Shown here piece by piece: positions 23,701-33,319 of a stretch of DNA of 64,000 bases. The notes under the pieces were generated by a model. That model was not told the DNA's origin. It saw only the letters and a list, made by a program, of their open reading frames with translations, and searched no databases. The DNA is taken from positions 186,001 through 250,000 of the forward strand of contig NW_013657637.1 in assembly GCF_000142905.1 (NCBI RefSeq), read 5' to 3'. Source of the stretch: Thecamonas trahens ATCC 50062 (taxonomy: Eukaryota; Protista; Apusomonadida). The position numbers were made by a program, and so were the translations under genes. Position 1 is the first letter of the stretch. Each line of letters begins with the position of its first letter.

Positions 23701-25164
23701 ACCATCGAGGCGTGCGACATGGGCGTGAAGCGCCGAGTCGTCGAGGCAAATCAGAGCTGCGGCGTCGACGCGGTCGAGGGCACGACCGAGGTTAGCGACA
23801 GCGGCGCCAAGCCGGGCCGGGAGTACCGGGCCAAGATGACGGGCAACTCCGTGGGCGAGTAGATCCGGCGAAAGGCCGCGAACCGCAACCCCAACGTCAC
23901 CGGCGAGCGCATGCAGCTGCGAGACGAGCAGGTCAGCGAGCAGCGCGTCGTGCGATGCCAAGCCGAGATCGTGAAGGGCGCACCACATGGCCGTCTTGAC
24001 CTTGATCAGCAGCAGCGGCTCGCCAGCGGCCGACTCGACTGCAAGCACGCCACCCTCAAAGCCCGGCTCGCTCTCGGCCTCGATGGCGGCAACAACGTCG
24101 TCGACCTCGGCGGCAGGCGGCAGCGGTAGGCGCCGCGGGATGGGCAGCCCGATGCTGGACGCCACCGTCGCTACATTCAGCATGCGGTAGGCTGGTGGGT
24201 GGGCAACGGCGGCGATGAGATAAGCTGATGGCTTGTCGGCCGCGACCGTTGTTGTCAACTCGGGATGCCGCAACTCGATCACGTAGGTGACGCCCGGCTC
24301 GAGGCGAGCGGCGAGGGCGGGCAAGTCGACAGCTTCGCACAGCATACGGTGCATGGGATGCCCGTGGCGAAGAGTGGTCTTCTGTGACTCAATCAGCAGA
24401 CCACTGTTGTCCGCCGCTCTGGGCGTCAGCTTGATGATGGCCCCATCCAGCTTCTCGCTCATGGCCACACCCGCTCCGCCCAACACCGCCACTAGCGCTG
24501 ACAGCGAGACCAAGCCCGGGCGGAGGTCAAAGAACTTGAGCAGTGGGAAGGAGAGCACAGAGGTAGCAGGATTCGAATGTTCGGGCGAGTGGCTGAGAGC
24601 GGGGATGCCAGCGGCAGCCGTGGCCACCGGGTCGACGAGCAGATCATCGGCGCGACCACGGCCACTCCCACTCCCACCCCCACCTTCTCCACCACCATGC
24701 TCATGCCCGACACGGACCTTGTGCCCGCGGACATGGGCCAGCCACGAGCCGTGGAAGGCGGCAGCGTTGGAGTATGCCACATGGGCCGTCCCGGACTCGC
24801 ATCCGATGGCCGAGACCAGGAGGGCAGACTCAGCCAGTTGGGCCCGGAGCTCCCCGACGCCGGCGGCGTGTCGGGCGGCAGTGTCCAGAGCATCGATGAC
24901 CGCCATCGGTTGGCGGGCAACTGCCACGGTGGCCAGAAAGGCAAGATCACCACGGAGCTCCTCTCCCATTCGCCCCGATCTCGCCATCCCGGCCATCGCC
25001 TTGGTCGTAGCCTCGGCTGTCTCATCCGCAAGCGACTCGGCCGCCGCCAGTGCCGCTACCAGTCGCGGCGATGGGTTCGATTCGCTGCACAGAGGTCGCT
25101 GATTATGGCTACGAGCGCATCCGCCAGCCGAATGTCGGTCCCTGGACGGTCTTGGTGAGCGCAT
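20767..25164 (-). CDS. Multidomain RNA end-healing/sealing enzyme: RNA ligase + pol-beta nucleotidyltransferase + HAD phosphatase + P-loop kinase + 2H phosphodiesterase
   Basis: KFFD, EKLDG, YVIELRH, FEGGVL, IKVKT (ligase); FGS..GSDIDL..LVDI (NTase); VFDFDGT..LTGR..K..YDD (HAD); GEPGVGKT..VYDNR..RPDH (kinase); FHVTL and PHVTL (2H). Start uncertain: 25164, 24996, or 25244 with a frameshift. Confidence 0.88.
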   Translation of the reverse strand: MRSPRPSRDRHSAGGCARSHNQRPLCSESNPSPRLVAALAAAESLADETAEATTKAMAGMARSGRMGEELRGDLAFLATVAVARQPMAVIDALDTAARHAAGVGELRAQLAESALLVSAIGCESGTAHVAYSNAAAFHGSWLAHVRGHKVRVGHEHGGGEGGGGSGSGRGRADDLLVDPVATAAAGIPALSHSPEHSNPATSVLSFPLLKFFDLRPGLVSLSALVAVLGGAGVAMSEKLDGAIIKLTPRAADNSGLLIESQKTTLRHGHPMHRMLCEAVDLPALAARLEPGVTYVIELRHPELTTTVAADKPSAYLIAAVAHPPAYRMLNVATVASSIGLPIPRRLPLPPAAEVDDVVAAIEAESEPGFEGGVLAVESAAGEPLLLIKVKTAMWCALHDLGLASHDALLADLLVSQLHALAGDVGVAVRGLSPDLLAHGVARHLGPVLPARLGAAVANLGRALDRVDAAALICLDDSALHAHVARLDGMPPVVVTTIVKWARSMSAASGSAAPLPPLSRVFAREALAAGGIKHVLSLARAVLSIPSGLRTPSIAYPARCGRVLPQLTRAQAMSMYLVCREMTSAAADALVADVAFAGPDSGQLACYRRLQAWASSTLPPVALRPFGSFAVLGGALPVGSDIDLLTNTPLDELAPAIAAAFGDDLLQSRIVTDAAFPVLALEFAGGLLVDIVYDGSAWTIMDANTAVRAALIAAGSEADTVSRRTALVAFTRHMRRPGLLPSSMHAHMLFLGCCARIGLVPRADPTQTRVVHQWVGDVVAPFYEHAPPVLSSVTADGASASVSGPDAAALVVAVAAEVCAVLETGGEVSVLATTAMAAVGSGALGAGTNWASLAALRMQMTESVAAGAGEVVYVFDFDGTLFDETTAAASVAMPALLSRVVAAGAPVLVLTGRIQSELGPIYRILGKSGALRVPVFARRASRQSALNFKAEVLADLAAASVVDDSWQQIIHYDDIGKVLRVSGRMAAPCTVTPMLLVNCGKAPLRHFTPDLMASSTAQDGSGTTVVRVIVPGEPGVGKTTFLTKLCPALQEALGEEAVVTVLANDEIQATVGRATVARELKRRANEAVDAARAAGKTPVLVYDNRGASSLIHDASWLVLRLASTPSGYEVMDALAYLGVLDRPDHASDASSVEAATVSREAWLEYTTAVRKLHSRIRDGKYKHGDKVVAATEAAGGQVVSLGICDSAEAELALAEYAEPLATIKHLFSGRRKGNPMAGLSWGEQAAALASALDEVRGLHSRIYDADGLLDVAVSAVVDGVTHGGSARVNAAVVPWFRFAGLSLPTLSRAMCTWRATASGDSAWARAVAAAGGDSAALEADADARARIGFHVTLRYIAEATVGDVRALDETANAALADGVEVNAVELVAGRGIVCLAVALGGIEVDAGRRPHVTLATAPGVAARVSNDVLDARAAGDADVESIVLDEADAAALRVVGEYCVWSPVRG

Positions 25165-25636
25165 GCCATGGCGAGTGCGGGAAAGAGAGCGGTGCTAGCT
25201 CGCGCCGCTATCGCTGTCGCTGTTGTTGTCGCTGTCGCTGGCATGACCACTGTCGATCGAAGCGATCGAAAGCTGTGTCGCACAGAACGGAAAAGAGATG
25301 GCGGAGAAGTTGGTGACTGCGATGGTTTAGAGAGGCGAGCCCGAGCTCATTTACTGTGGCCATGTCAGTCTCGCCGCCAGTCTTTGTGAGGGAGCGGGTG
25401 ACAGGGGATGGTGGCAAGATCGATGACGGCATCAACACCTCGACCTGGAGCTGAGCCGAGAGTCGGTGGCGCTAGAGGGCGTCGGGCTAGAAGACGCCGC
25501 GCTCGGCGACAATGAGGTAGATGTCCCGGGCGAGGGTAAGAGACCGATAAGAGCCAGCCAGTGTATCACCAGGCTCCAATTTCCGGGGCTCGCGCATGGC
25601 TAGCGGCATGGCGCGGGTCGGGTACAGTTGCTGGGA

Positions 25637-27931
25637 TCAAGAGGTGATGGTGGGAGGAGCACCGAGGGACTTGCGCTCGGTCATGGTTGTGGTGATTGCC
25701 TTGAGCCAGGGGGTGCGGTCGTGGGGCGAGTCGAAAACGAGGACGACGAGATCGCCGGGCGTTGCTGAGGAGCGGGAGCGGCGGACAGAGGCGGTATCCA
25801 CCGAGGAAGCGGTGGCGGTGGAGATGAGCGGGGTGAGCGCGATGGAGTGTGGAAAAGTGTCCGAGATGAGCGGCGGGGTGTCGAGCAGGTGCATGGCGTC
25901 GAGATCGTGGGCGGCGGTGACGACACGTGTGGAGCGGATGCGCTTGCGCGAGACGATGACGAGAAGGCCGGCGAAGAGGTAGGCGTACTCTGTGCGGGGC
26001 TTGAGAATCGAGTTGGCCATAGTGTTGCGCTTGATGGCGGAGGGGACAATGACGCCGATGTTGAGCTCTCCCTCGGTGATAAAGTTGCGAATCTTGAGGT
26101 CGGGCGGGAGCAGACCATCGGGGTCTTCGAGGCCTTTGAAAAAGACATCGAGCTTGTTGAGGTTGTCGGCCGTCCGCTTCCACTCGTTGATGCGGGAGAC
26201 AACGGTGCCGAGGTTGTCGGCCGTCTCGACGAGTGCGGCGTAGTCGACGTCGTTGGCAGCATCCATTTTGCGGAGAAGCTCGCGGAGGAGAAGCGGGTAC
26301 TTGCAAAGGCGCTGGATGGGCTTGATAAGGAAGGAGCCGAGCGGGAGGCTCTTGGTTTTGGGATCCTCGAACCGAGCTTGGAGAAAGGCGCGGAATTTCT
26401 TGGACGACGCTGTGAGGCTCTCTAGCGTGTTGAGCGCCCGCTCGTGGTTGGACGAGTACGGAGTGTAGACGACAAGGATGCGGCGGAGCTTGTCAGAGAG
26501 GATGTCGCCGACGCGCTCCACCCATTTGCGCTCCTTCTGGCGCTTCTTGAACTGCAACCACATCTCGCGATGGAGTGGAAGAATTTCCTCCACGTTGCCA
26601 AAGAGCGCGTCGAGGTCGTCGGCGGAAACAATGTCTAACTCGCGGAGCGGGGTGAGGAACTCGTCGATGAGGATGAGAAGGTCGAGGACGTATGCCTCCT
26701 CGGTTTGGATCATCTCGTAGATGACCTCCTGGCAGGCGAGCTGGTTCTTGGTGAAGCCTGAGATGTCGAGCGAGTGGTACTCTGCGTACTCACGGAAGTT
26801 CTTGGGCAGAGGGCCGCGCTTGGGCGCCGCGGCAAGTGCGCGCGACCGGCGTGCAGCGTTGGCAGCCCCGGTCTGGGCTGTGAGCATGGCTTTGTGCGTC
26901 CGCGATGGTAGGTCGGACGCGTTGCGTGCCACGGGGCGGGCCGGGCCAGCACCTGCACCAGAGGTCAGCACCGCCGAGTCGCGCGCGGCGCGCACCTCTT
27001 TGCCCAGCTCGAGAACGTCGAGCGAGAACGCACGCCAGCAGGCGTCGTCGGCGGCGGGGCGGATGACGATCTTGGCTTGCGAGACGGCCTTGGTCGACGC
27101 GGTCTTGAGCGCGCTGGCGAGTGCGTCGCCGTTGATACACATCGCACGCAGTGAGGCCATGAGCGTCTTGACCGACGTGACCAGCGAGCGCAGGTTTGGC
27201 GCCACTTCTCCCGGGTTGCGCACCTTGATGGCGGCCAGGACTGGTCGGAGAGCAGCGGTGACGGCATCGATCTCCGCCGCAAACGGCAGGCTTGCAAACG
27301 GCGTAGCGCGCGGCGGCACGCCGCCTGACGGCGCCGAGCCAATCGATCGCGACCGCGGGGTGCCACCCGACTCGCGAAGCGAATCGACACGCGACGACGG
27401 CAGCTGCGAGGCCAACCCTGAGTCTGAGCCTGGGCGAGTTGACGAGGTTGGCGACGAGGTCGAGGATGCGGTCGACGACGGCGATGGGGCGCCCGCGAGT
27501 GACCTCCGATTTGCGCGCCAGTGATTCTCACAGACAGGACGGCCATTAGCCTCCATGTAACCAGCCACCAGCGAGGTCGAGCATTGCGGATGTGTGCAGC
27601 GGAAGTGATCGGGGAGAAAGGAGAAGCCGAGGGCCTTGACGTAGGTACCCAGCAGCGGTTCGTTGCAACCACATTGACAATGAGGAATGTCATTGGCAGC
27701 CTCATAGCAGGAGCAGCACATGGCTGACGAGGTGAGCGCGAGCGGTCCGACCGAGACAGACGTCCGCTTGTTGGCCCCCACCTCGTAGAACCTCCGCCCC
27801 GCCAGTGTCTCTCCACAGCTGGCGCACACAAAGTGCTCCCGATGGAACCGAGCGCCAAGCACTCGGAGCGCCGTCAGGTCGTCCTCCTCCACCTCTTCAC
27901 CACATCCAGGGCATGCATTGTCTTTCTCCAT
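25637..27931 (-). CDS. LIM-LIM / FAT-like helical bundle / RhoGEF (DH-PH) protein (764 aa)
   Basis: Two paxillin-type LIMs (ALGFSFLPDHFRC); DH motifs QEVIYEMIQTEEAYVLDL, LFGNVEEI, SFLIKPIQRLCKYPLLL; PH-like FITEGEL..YAYLF..W. Confidence 0.9.
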   Translation of the reverse strand: MEKDNACPGCGEEVEEDDLTALRVLGARFHREHFVCASCGETLAGRRFYEVGANKRTSVSVGPLALTSSAMCCSCYEAANDIPHCQCGCNEPLLGTYVKALGFSFLPDHFRCTHPQCSTSLVAGYMEANGRPVCENHWRANRRSLAGAPSPSSTASSTSSPTSSTRPGSDSGLASQLPSSRVDSLRESGGTPRSRSIGSAPSGGVPPRATPFASLPFAAEIDAVTAALRPVLAAIKVRNPGEVAPNLRSLVTSVKTLMASLRAMCINGDALASALKTASTKAVSQAKIVIRPAADDACWRAFSLDVLELGKEVRAARDSAVLTSGAGAGPARPVARNASDLPSRTHKAMLTAQTGAANAARRSRALAAAPKRGPLPKNFREYAEYHSLDISGFTKNQLACQEVIYEMIQTEEAYVLDLLILIDEFLTPLRELDIVSADDLDALFGNVEEILPLHREMWLQFKKRQKERKWVERVGDILSDKLRRILVVYTPYSSNHERALNTLESLTASSKKFRAFLQARFEDPKTKSLPLGSFLIKPIQRLCKYPLLLRELLRKMDAANDVDYAALVETADNLGTVVSRINEWKRTADNLNKLDVFFKGLEDPDGLLPPDLKIRNFITEGELNIGVIVPSAIKRNTMANSILKPRTEYAYLFAGLLVIVSRKRIRSTRVVTAAHDLDAMHLLDTPPLISDTFPHSIALTPLISTATASSVDTASVRRSRSSATPGDLVVLVFDSPHDRTPWLKAITTTMTERKSLGAPPTITS

Positions 27932-27943
27932 AATGATATGTAT

Positions 27944-27944
<1 letters not shown>

Positions 27945-28020
<76 letters not shown>

Positions 28021-28021
28021 G
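27945..28021. repeat. (GT)n microsatellite just upstream of the RhoGEF start codon
   Basis: About 75 bp of nearly pure GT repeat. Confidence 0.95.
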
Positions 28022-28194
28022 GGAGGGAGGGAGAGGTGTCTACTGCCGTGCACGCCGTGCTGACGTGCCGGCAGTCAGGTTTTCGGCAAACGACTTTGCT
28101 TGCACGCCCTGCCGGTTCCGGCACAGTAGTGACAAGCACGAACCACGAGCAGAATGATATGCGCAAGCAGGGGGGGGGGGGGGGGGGTGTACTG

Positions 28195-30254
28195 TCACCG
28201 CTCTGTGGCAACGCCGAAAAGATCAAGGCCAAGGAGGAAGATATGGAGCGGGATGAGCGAGATGAGCATGGCGTAGAAAAGGACGCTGTTGGCCAGGATG
28301 ACCACCGAGATGAGAAAGCCAAAGGTGATGAGGTGAAAGAGGAGGATGATGGCGCGAAAGAGCGTCGAGGTGGACATGTACACATGCGGGTGCTGGACGG
28401 TGAGCGGTGGGTTGTTGATGGCCTCAGCAAGCTTAGCGAGCACAATGGTGAGCGGGAGCATCATCCAGATGAGCGACCGCGATTTGGAGGTGACAACGAG
28501 GACAGTCTCGTGGCGGGGATCGTCATCAAGAGGGTCATCATCAAACTCTGATGCTCGCTCACGGACACCGTGCGCCTCGACCAGGCTCGGCGTCCAAAAG
28601 CCAAATGTGAGGAGAAAGAGCCGCTTGAGTGAGCCGACGACGAGGATGAACGGAACAAAGCAGCACGCACCTGAGATGTTGCTCGACGGGCGTCCGGAGA
28701 AGAGGACAAGAAGAACGATGAAGCAGAGCGTGAGGATGGCAATGTTGGCAAAGAACATGACGTCCGCCATCTGCTTGTCCAGCGGTGAGCACGTTCGCTC
28801 GATCGACCACATGCCGAGAAAGACCTGGGGCATGATGAGCACAATGAGCTGGATGATGTAGAAGAGGACAGCCTGGAGGAGGGCAGAGATGGCCTGGAAA
28901 ATGAGCGCACCCGTCCGTCCGCTGCACGGCCGAAGCGAGACCAGCTTGATGGCCACAAACAAGAGCAAGTCATGGTGAAGAATGACGACAAACGCAGCCA
29001 TGAACGCCGCAAGGAGCCACGGAAACGCCAGCAGTAGCGTCCCGCCGCAGTTCCACACCAGCACCTCGGCAGTGAGCGAGTTGAAGTACGCCAGAAGCGC
29101 ATCGACCGAGAACAAGATGGGAGCTAGGTTGCCGAGCGGGACTACATCGGTAATGTCGCCAATTGATGGCAGTGAGCCGACGTAGAGCGAGAGCGAGCCG
29201 TGGATGAGCTGGAGGTTGATGAGGAGCCGGATAGCGTCAAAGACTAAAAAGATGAGCCGGAGGACAACAAGGACAGCATAGCCGACAGCAGACGTCTCGC
29301 GACGGCGCTCGGCGTACTTGATCGCGGCGTCGGTCGGGCGAGAGGCGTCGAGTCGGCTGCCGCCTCCGCCGCTGCCGATAGCCGCCGAGGCGTGTCCGCC
29401 TGCCGTTCCGCCGCCGTCACCGGTCCGCGCGCCAAAGAAGCCACCGGCCAGCGTACCGACACCGCGCTCGGCGACGGTTCGCTTGGAGCGGTCGGCATTG
29501 TCGTCGTCCGAGTAGTACGCCTGCGAGTACGAGCCGTCGTCCGATTCGGGCGCCCATGGTGCAATGGCACCGTTCGGAGGCGGCGCGGAGTCCATCGGTG
29601 AGCAGAGCGTCGGATACCACGCATGCTTCCGCTGCTGATGAAAGAGGACCAACGCAAAGCACAGCAGGAGCACGGCACCCACCCCCGCAGCAATAGTCCC
29701 AGTCGAGTCGTCGATCCGCTGATGGAGCGAGAACGGCACGTGTGGCGCAGGGAGGACAGCAGATGGCGCCATGTCGATCCACGCCGCAATGTACAGCCAT
29801 CGATTACCAGACGAGGGCAAGCCCGAGTCGACGACAACCTCTACAAGATAAGAGTCATTGCTCGGCAGTACGCTGCTCAAAGACATTCCGATGCGGCTGG
29901 CAGAGCCCCCCGGGTAGGAGACGGTGTGAACAAGGCCGGTCGAGTTGGCATGGGACGATCCGTTTGAAGGAGCGACGAGAGGCGCGTCGTCCCATGCCAG
30001 AGCCAGAGCCATCGATTGAATGAGAATGGCCGAAGAGAGTGGCTTTTCCAGCGAGAAGCGAACAACGACTTGCGAGTTGGTCGACGAGGTCAAGAGCCGG
30101 GCCGAGGCGAAGCTGCCTGACGCCGTTGGCGCGAGTTCACCAGCTGAGGTCACCGCATTGCGGACCTCACCGAGAGCCGTTTCCCCTCCCAACAGGGTCG
30201 CGGGGAGGGCGAGGAGGATGAGCAGTGCGGCGAGGGTGGTGGGGGCGGTGACAT
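28195..30254 (-). CDS. Signal-peptide-bearing multi-pass membrane protein of unknown family
   Basis: Adding one C to the C5 run (30241-30245) links ATG 30254 into a signal peptide MSPPPTTLAALLILLALPATLLG; followed by a beta-rich ectodomain, a TM, a cytosolic loop and about 8-9 further hydrophobic helices. Confidence 0.65.
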
Positions 30255-30357
30255 GGGGATGAGGTGGTGAGGTGGGGGGAGGGGGGGGAGGTACTGTGAA
30301 TCGGAGAGAGCTCAAGGGCCAGGGCTTTGGGGCTGGGCTGACTTTACCACGCTCTAC

Positions 30358-33062
30358 TTACGAGATGGTGACGCGGGCAGTGGCAGGCGGCGAGATGGTA
30401 GTGGTGGCCGTGACGTAGTTGTAGACGACGGTGGCGATGGTAGAGGTCGAGGCGGCCGAGGTCGACGAGTAGCCAAGGGTGGTGGCAAACGAGTGCGGGA
30501 CGACAAGCATGATGGTGCCTGTGACCGGGGTGGAGACAGCGCCGGTCGCCGAGTTGATGGTGGTGCCGTCGAGGGTGGCATCAACGTGGATCATGTTGGC
30601 AGTGGGGACGGCCCACGGCGAGTAGAGGGCAGAGAGCTTGGCGTTGAGGTCGGCCTGAGTGGTGGTGACCGTGACAAAGCGCTCGTCGGCCGAGAGGGGG
30701 AGGGCCGAGAGGAAGAACGAGCCGGACGGGACGTCGGTGGTGCCGGTGAAGAGACCGGCATGGACGATGGCGACCTTGGTGGTACCGGCGGGTGCGGCAG
30801 GCGCGGCGGCGGCGAGGCGGTCGGCGACGAGGCGGCCGACGTTGGTCTCCATCGAGCCGGCGTTGGCAAAGTCGAGGGCGGCGTCGGTGGAGCCAGCGGT
30901 GGCGGCGAGGTGGTCGGTGAAGGCGGTGGCGCCGGCGGCGAGCGCCGACTCGACGCCAGCGAGAGCGGGCGCCGGGGCGACGGCGGCGTAAGGCACGGGC
31001 ATGCCGGTGAACATCGACGGGGCCTCGCGGCGGATGGTCATGTCGAGGCCAGAGAGGTAGTTGTTACCACCCGAGGTCGAGAGAACAGCCTTGCCGTTGG
31101 CGGCCGAGTAGCCGTAGGCAAACGAGTTGCCCTGGACCACCACATGGGCCGGGAGCTTGGTCGGGGTCGATGACGAGACCGAGGTCAGCTTGGCGTTGTC
31201 GGCCGAGGTCTGGTGGGTGACGGCCACAAGAATGTCGTAGTCGGCAGCGTGGGCGTCGGCAATGCGGGTGATGGCCACCGCCGGGTCCTCCCAGGCAAGC
31301 GCAGCCACGTTGGGGTTGGAGACAAGGCCGACAACGCCAAAACGGATCCCGTCGGCGGTGACGACGACAAAGTCCGAGGTCGAGTCCAGCGCCATGCCGT
31401 CGGACGTCTTCTTGATGTTGGAGAGGACCCACGCGAGCGAGCCGGTCGAGGCGGCGGTCGCGGTCTTGGCCGAGACGGCAAAGAGCGCCTCGAGCTCTGC
31501 AGGCGACGACGCGAGCTTGAGGTCGTTCATGCCAGGCGTGGCCACAATGCGCGAGCCGTTGCCCGCTGCCATGGCCGCCAGCGCGTTGTTGATGGCAGAG
31601 CCGCGGACAGCGGACGAGGCCGAGGTGGTGGTGAGGAAGAAAGCGTCACCGGCAAAGGCAGTGAATGTCTTGGACATATCGTGCGCTTCTCCGTTTGCCA
31701 CCATGCCTCCGATGTACTGCAGCTTGCTCTCCGTTGACACGTCCGAGAATGCCAGCAGCTGGACATTGGCCACGCCCTGGGCCAGGATCTGCATCGGCGT
31801 CAGTTTGGCCATCATGGCCTCGTCGCGGTTGACCTGCTCGAGGTCGAGCACCTTGTTGTACACCACAGTCCAGCCCACAATAAACAGCACGCCAAACACA
31901 AGTGCAGCCACAAACATCAGGCCCTGGTTGAGTGTGGGGCCTGGCAATCGAACGCGTGGCGATGGTGGTGAGTGGCGGTTTTGATCAGTGGGGAAAAAAA
32001 GGTGTGGCGGGGCGGGGGGAGGGGAAAGTGGGGAGGGGGTGGTGAGGGGGTGGGGCGGGGGGGGGGGTGGGGGAGGCGTATGCAAGATGNNNNNNNNNNN
32101 NNNNNNNNNNNNNNNNNNNNNNNNNNNNNNNNNNNNNNNNNNNNNNNNNNNNNNNNNNNNNNNNNNNNNNNNNNNNNNNNNNNNNNNNNNNNNNNNNNNN
32201 NNNNNNNNNNNNNNNNNNNNNNNNNNNNNNNNNNNNNNNNNNNNNNNNNNNNNNNNNNNNNNNNNNNNNNNNNNNNNNNNNNNNNNNNNNNNNNNNNNNN
32301 NNNNNNNNNNNNNNNNNNNNNNNNNNNNNNNNNNNNNNNNNNNNNNNNNNNNNNNNNNNNNNNNNNNNNNNNNNNNNNNNNNNNNNNNNNNNNNNNNNNN
32401 NNNNNNNNNNNNNNNNNNNNNNNNNNNNNNNNNNNNNNNNNNNNNNNNNNNNNNNNNNNNNNNNNNNNNNNNNNNNNNNNNNNNNNNNNNNNNNNNNNNN
32501 NNNNNNNNNNNNNNNNNNNNNNNNNNNNNNNNNNNNNNNNNNNNNNNNNNNNNNNNNNNNNNNNNNNNNNNNNNNNNNNNNNNNNNNNNNNAGGGGAAGG
32601 GGGACGGGGGGAGGGGGGGGGGCGGGCAGCAGCCTGCCGTTTGACGGCCTTTTGCTGGACGCGGGTTGATCAGGCGCAGGCCCAGGACGCAGCGCAGGGT
32701 GTGGGGCAAGGGGGCAGGGTGTGTGTGTGCGAGGGGTACGGGGGCGCGGGGGGGGGATGTGGAAAACGTACCCTCTTCCTCCTCATCTTCAGCGGCTTCC
32801 ATCTCGCGGCGCTTCTCCTCCTGGAAGGCAGCGCGGCGGGCCTCCTTCTCCTCGGCCTCACGGCGGGCGGCATCGAGGGCCAGCTCCTCCACAAGACCGT
32901 CGACAGTCACAGCGAGGTCGTCAAGGCGTGTGCCCAGTTCAAGGTCACGCTCGCGGCTATGTAGGGAGGGATGGGGGAGGGATGGGGTGAGTGTGGGGGG
33001 ATGTGGAAGAGGAAGAGAGGGAGAGGGAAGGGTGTGTGTGCGTGTGCTACGTACCCAGACAT
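30358..33062 (-). CDS. Type II membrane 5'-nucleotidase-like (metallophosphoesterase) protein with degenerate active site; exons 33062-33055, 32956-32772, 31940-30358
   Basis: Two GTACGT..ACTCAC..AG introns join MSGRERDLELG..EDEEEE-GPTLNQGLMFVAALVFG in frame; then LLAFSD, AGD, PGMND, VTH, QGNS and the 5'-nucleotidase C-domain ETNVGRLVAD / VAIVHAG. Extra exons could lie in the N gap. Confidence 0.7.
32090..32591. other. Assembly gap (N) within an intron
   Basis: Run of N flanked by G-rich tracts. Confidence 1.
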
Positions 33063-33319
33063 GGTTTGGTTGCGGGAAGACGACTGTTGTGGTCGGAAGT
33101 ACGGCGGGCTGCGTTCAGCGTCAGCGCCACGGCACTTTGCCCTTTTCTGGGAGCGAGGGAAGGGAATGGGCGATTCACATCAATGTTTGATGGCGCCAGC
33201 CAAGCAACAACCGACAGCAGCCATGGGCAGGTCACGCGACAGCTCATGGCGGAGAGGGAGAGACTGGAGGCGGGAGGTTTGAGGAGCACACGTGACTCTT
33301 ACAACGCGAGCGAATAGAG

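Noticed and set aside
20767-25164. RNA-repair gene as part of an integrated virus or mobile element
   Set aside because: No terminal repeats, integrase, capsid genes or obvious compositional break; flanks are ordinary eukaryotic genes. An ancient transfer cannot be excluded.
27897-28551. ORFs with VC/HT dipeptide runs
   Set aside because: Translations of the (GT)n microsatellite and antisense or alternative frames of the membrane protein gene.
30358-32910. 850 aa ORF read through the N gap as a single exon
   Set aside because: Contains low-complexity intron sequence and N's; canonical splice sites give a cleaner three-exon model.
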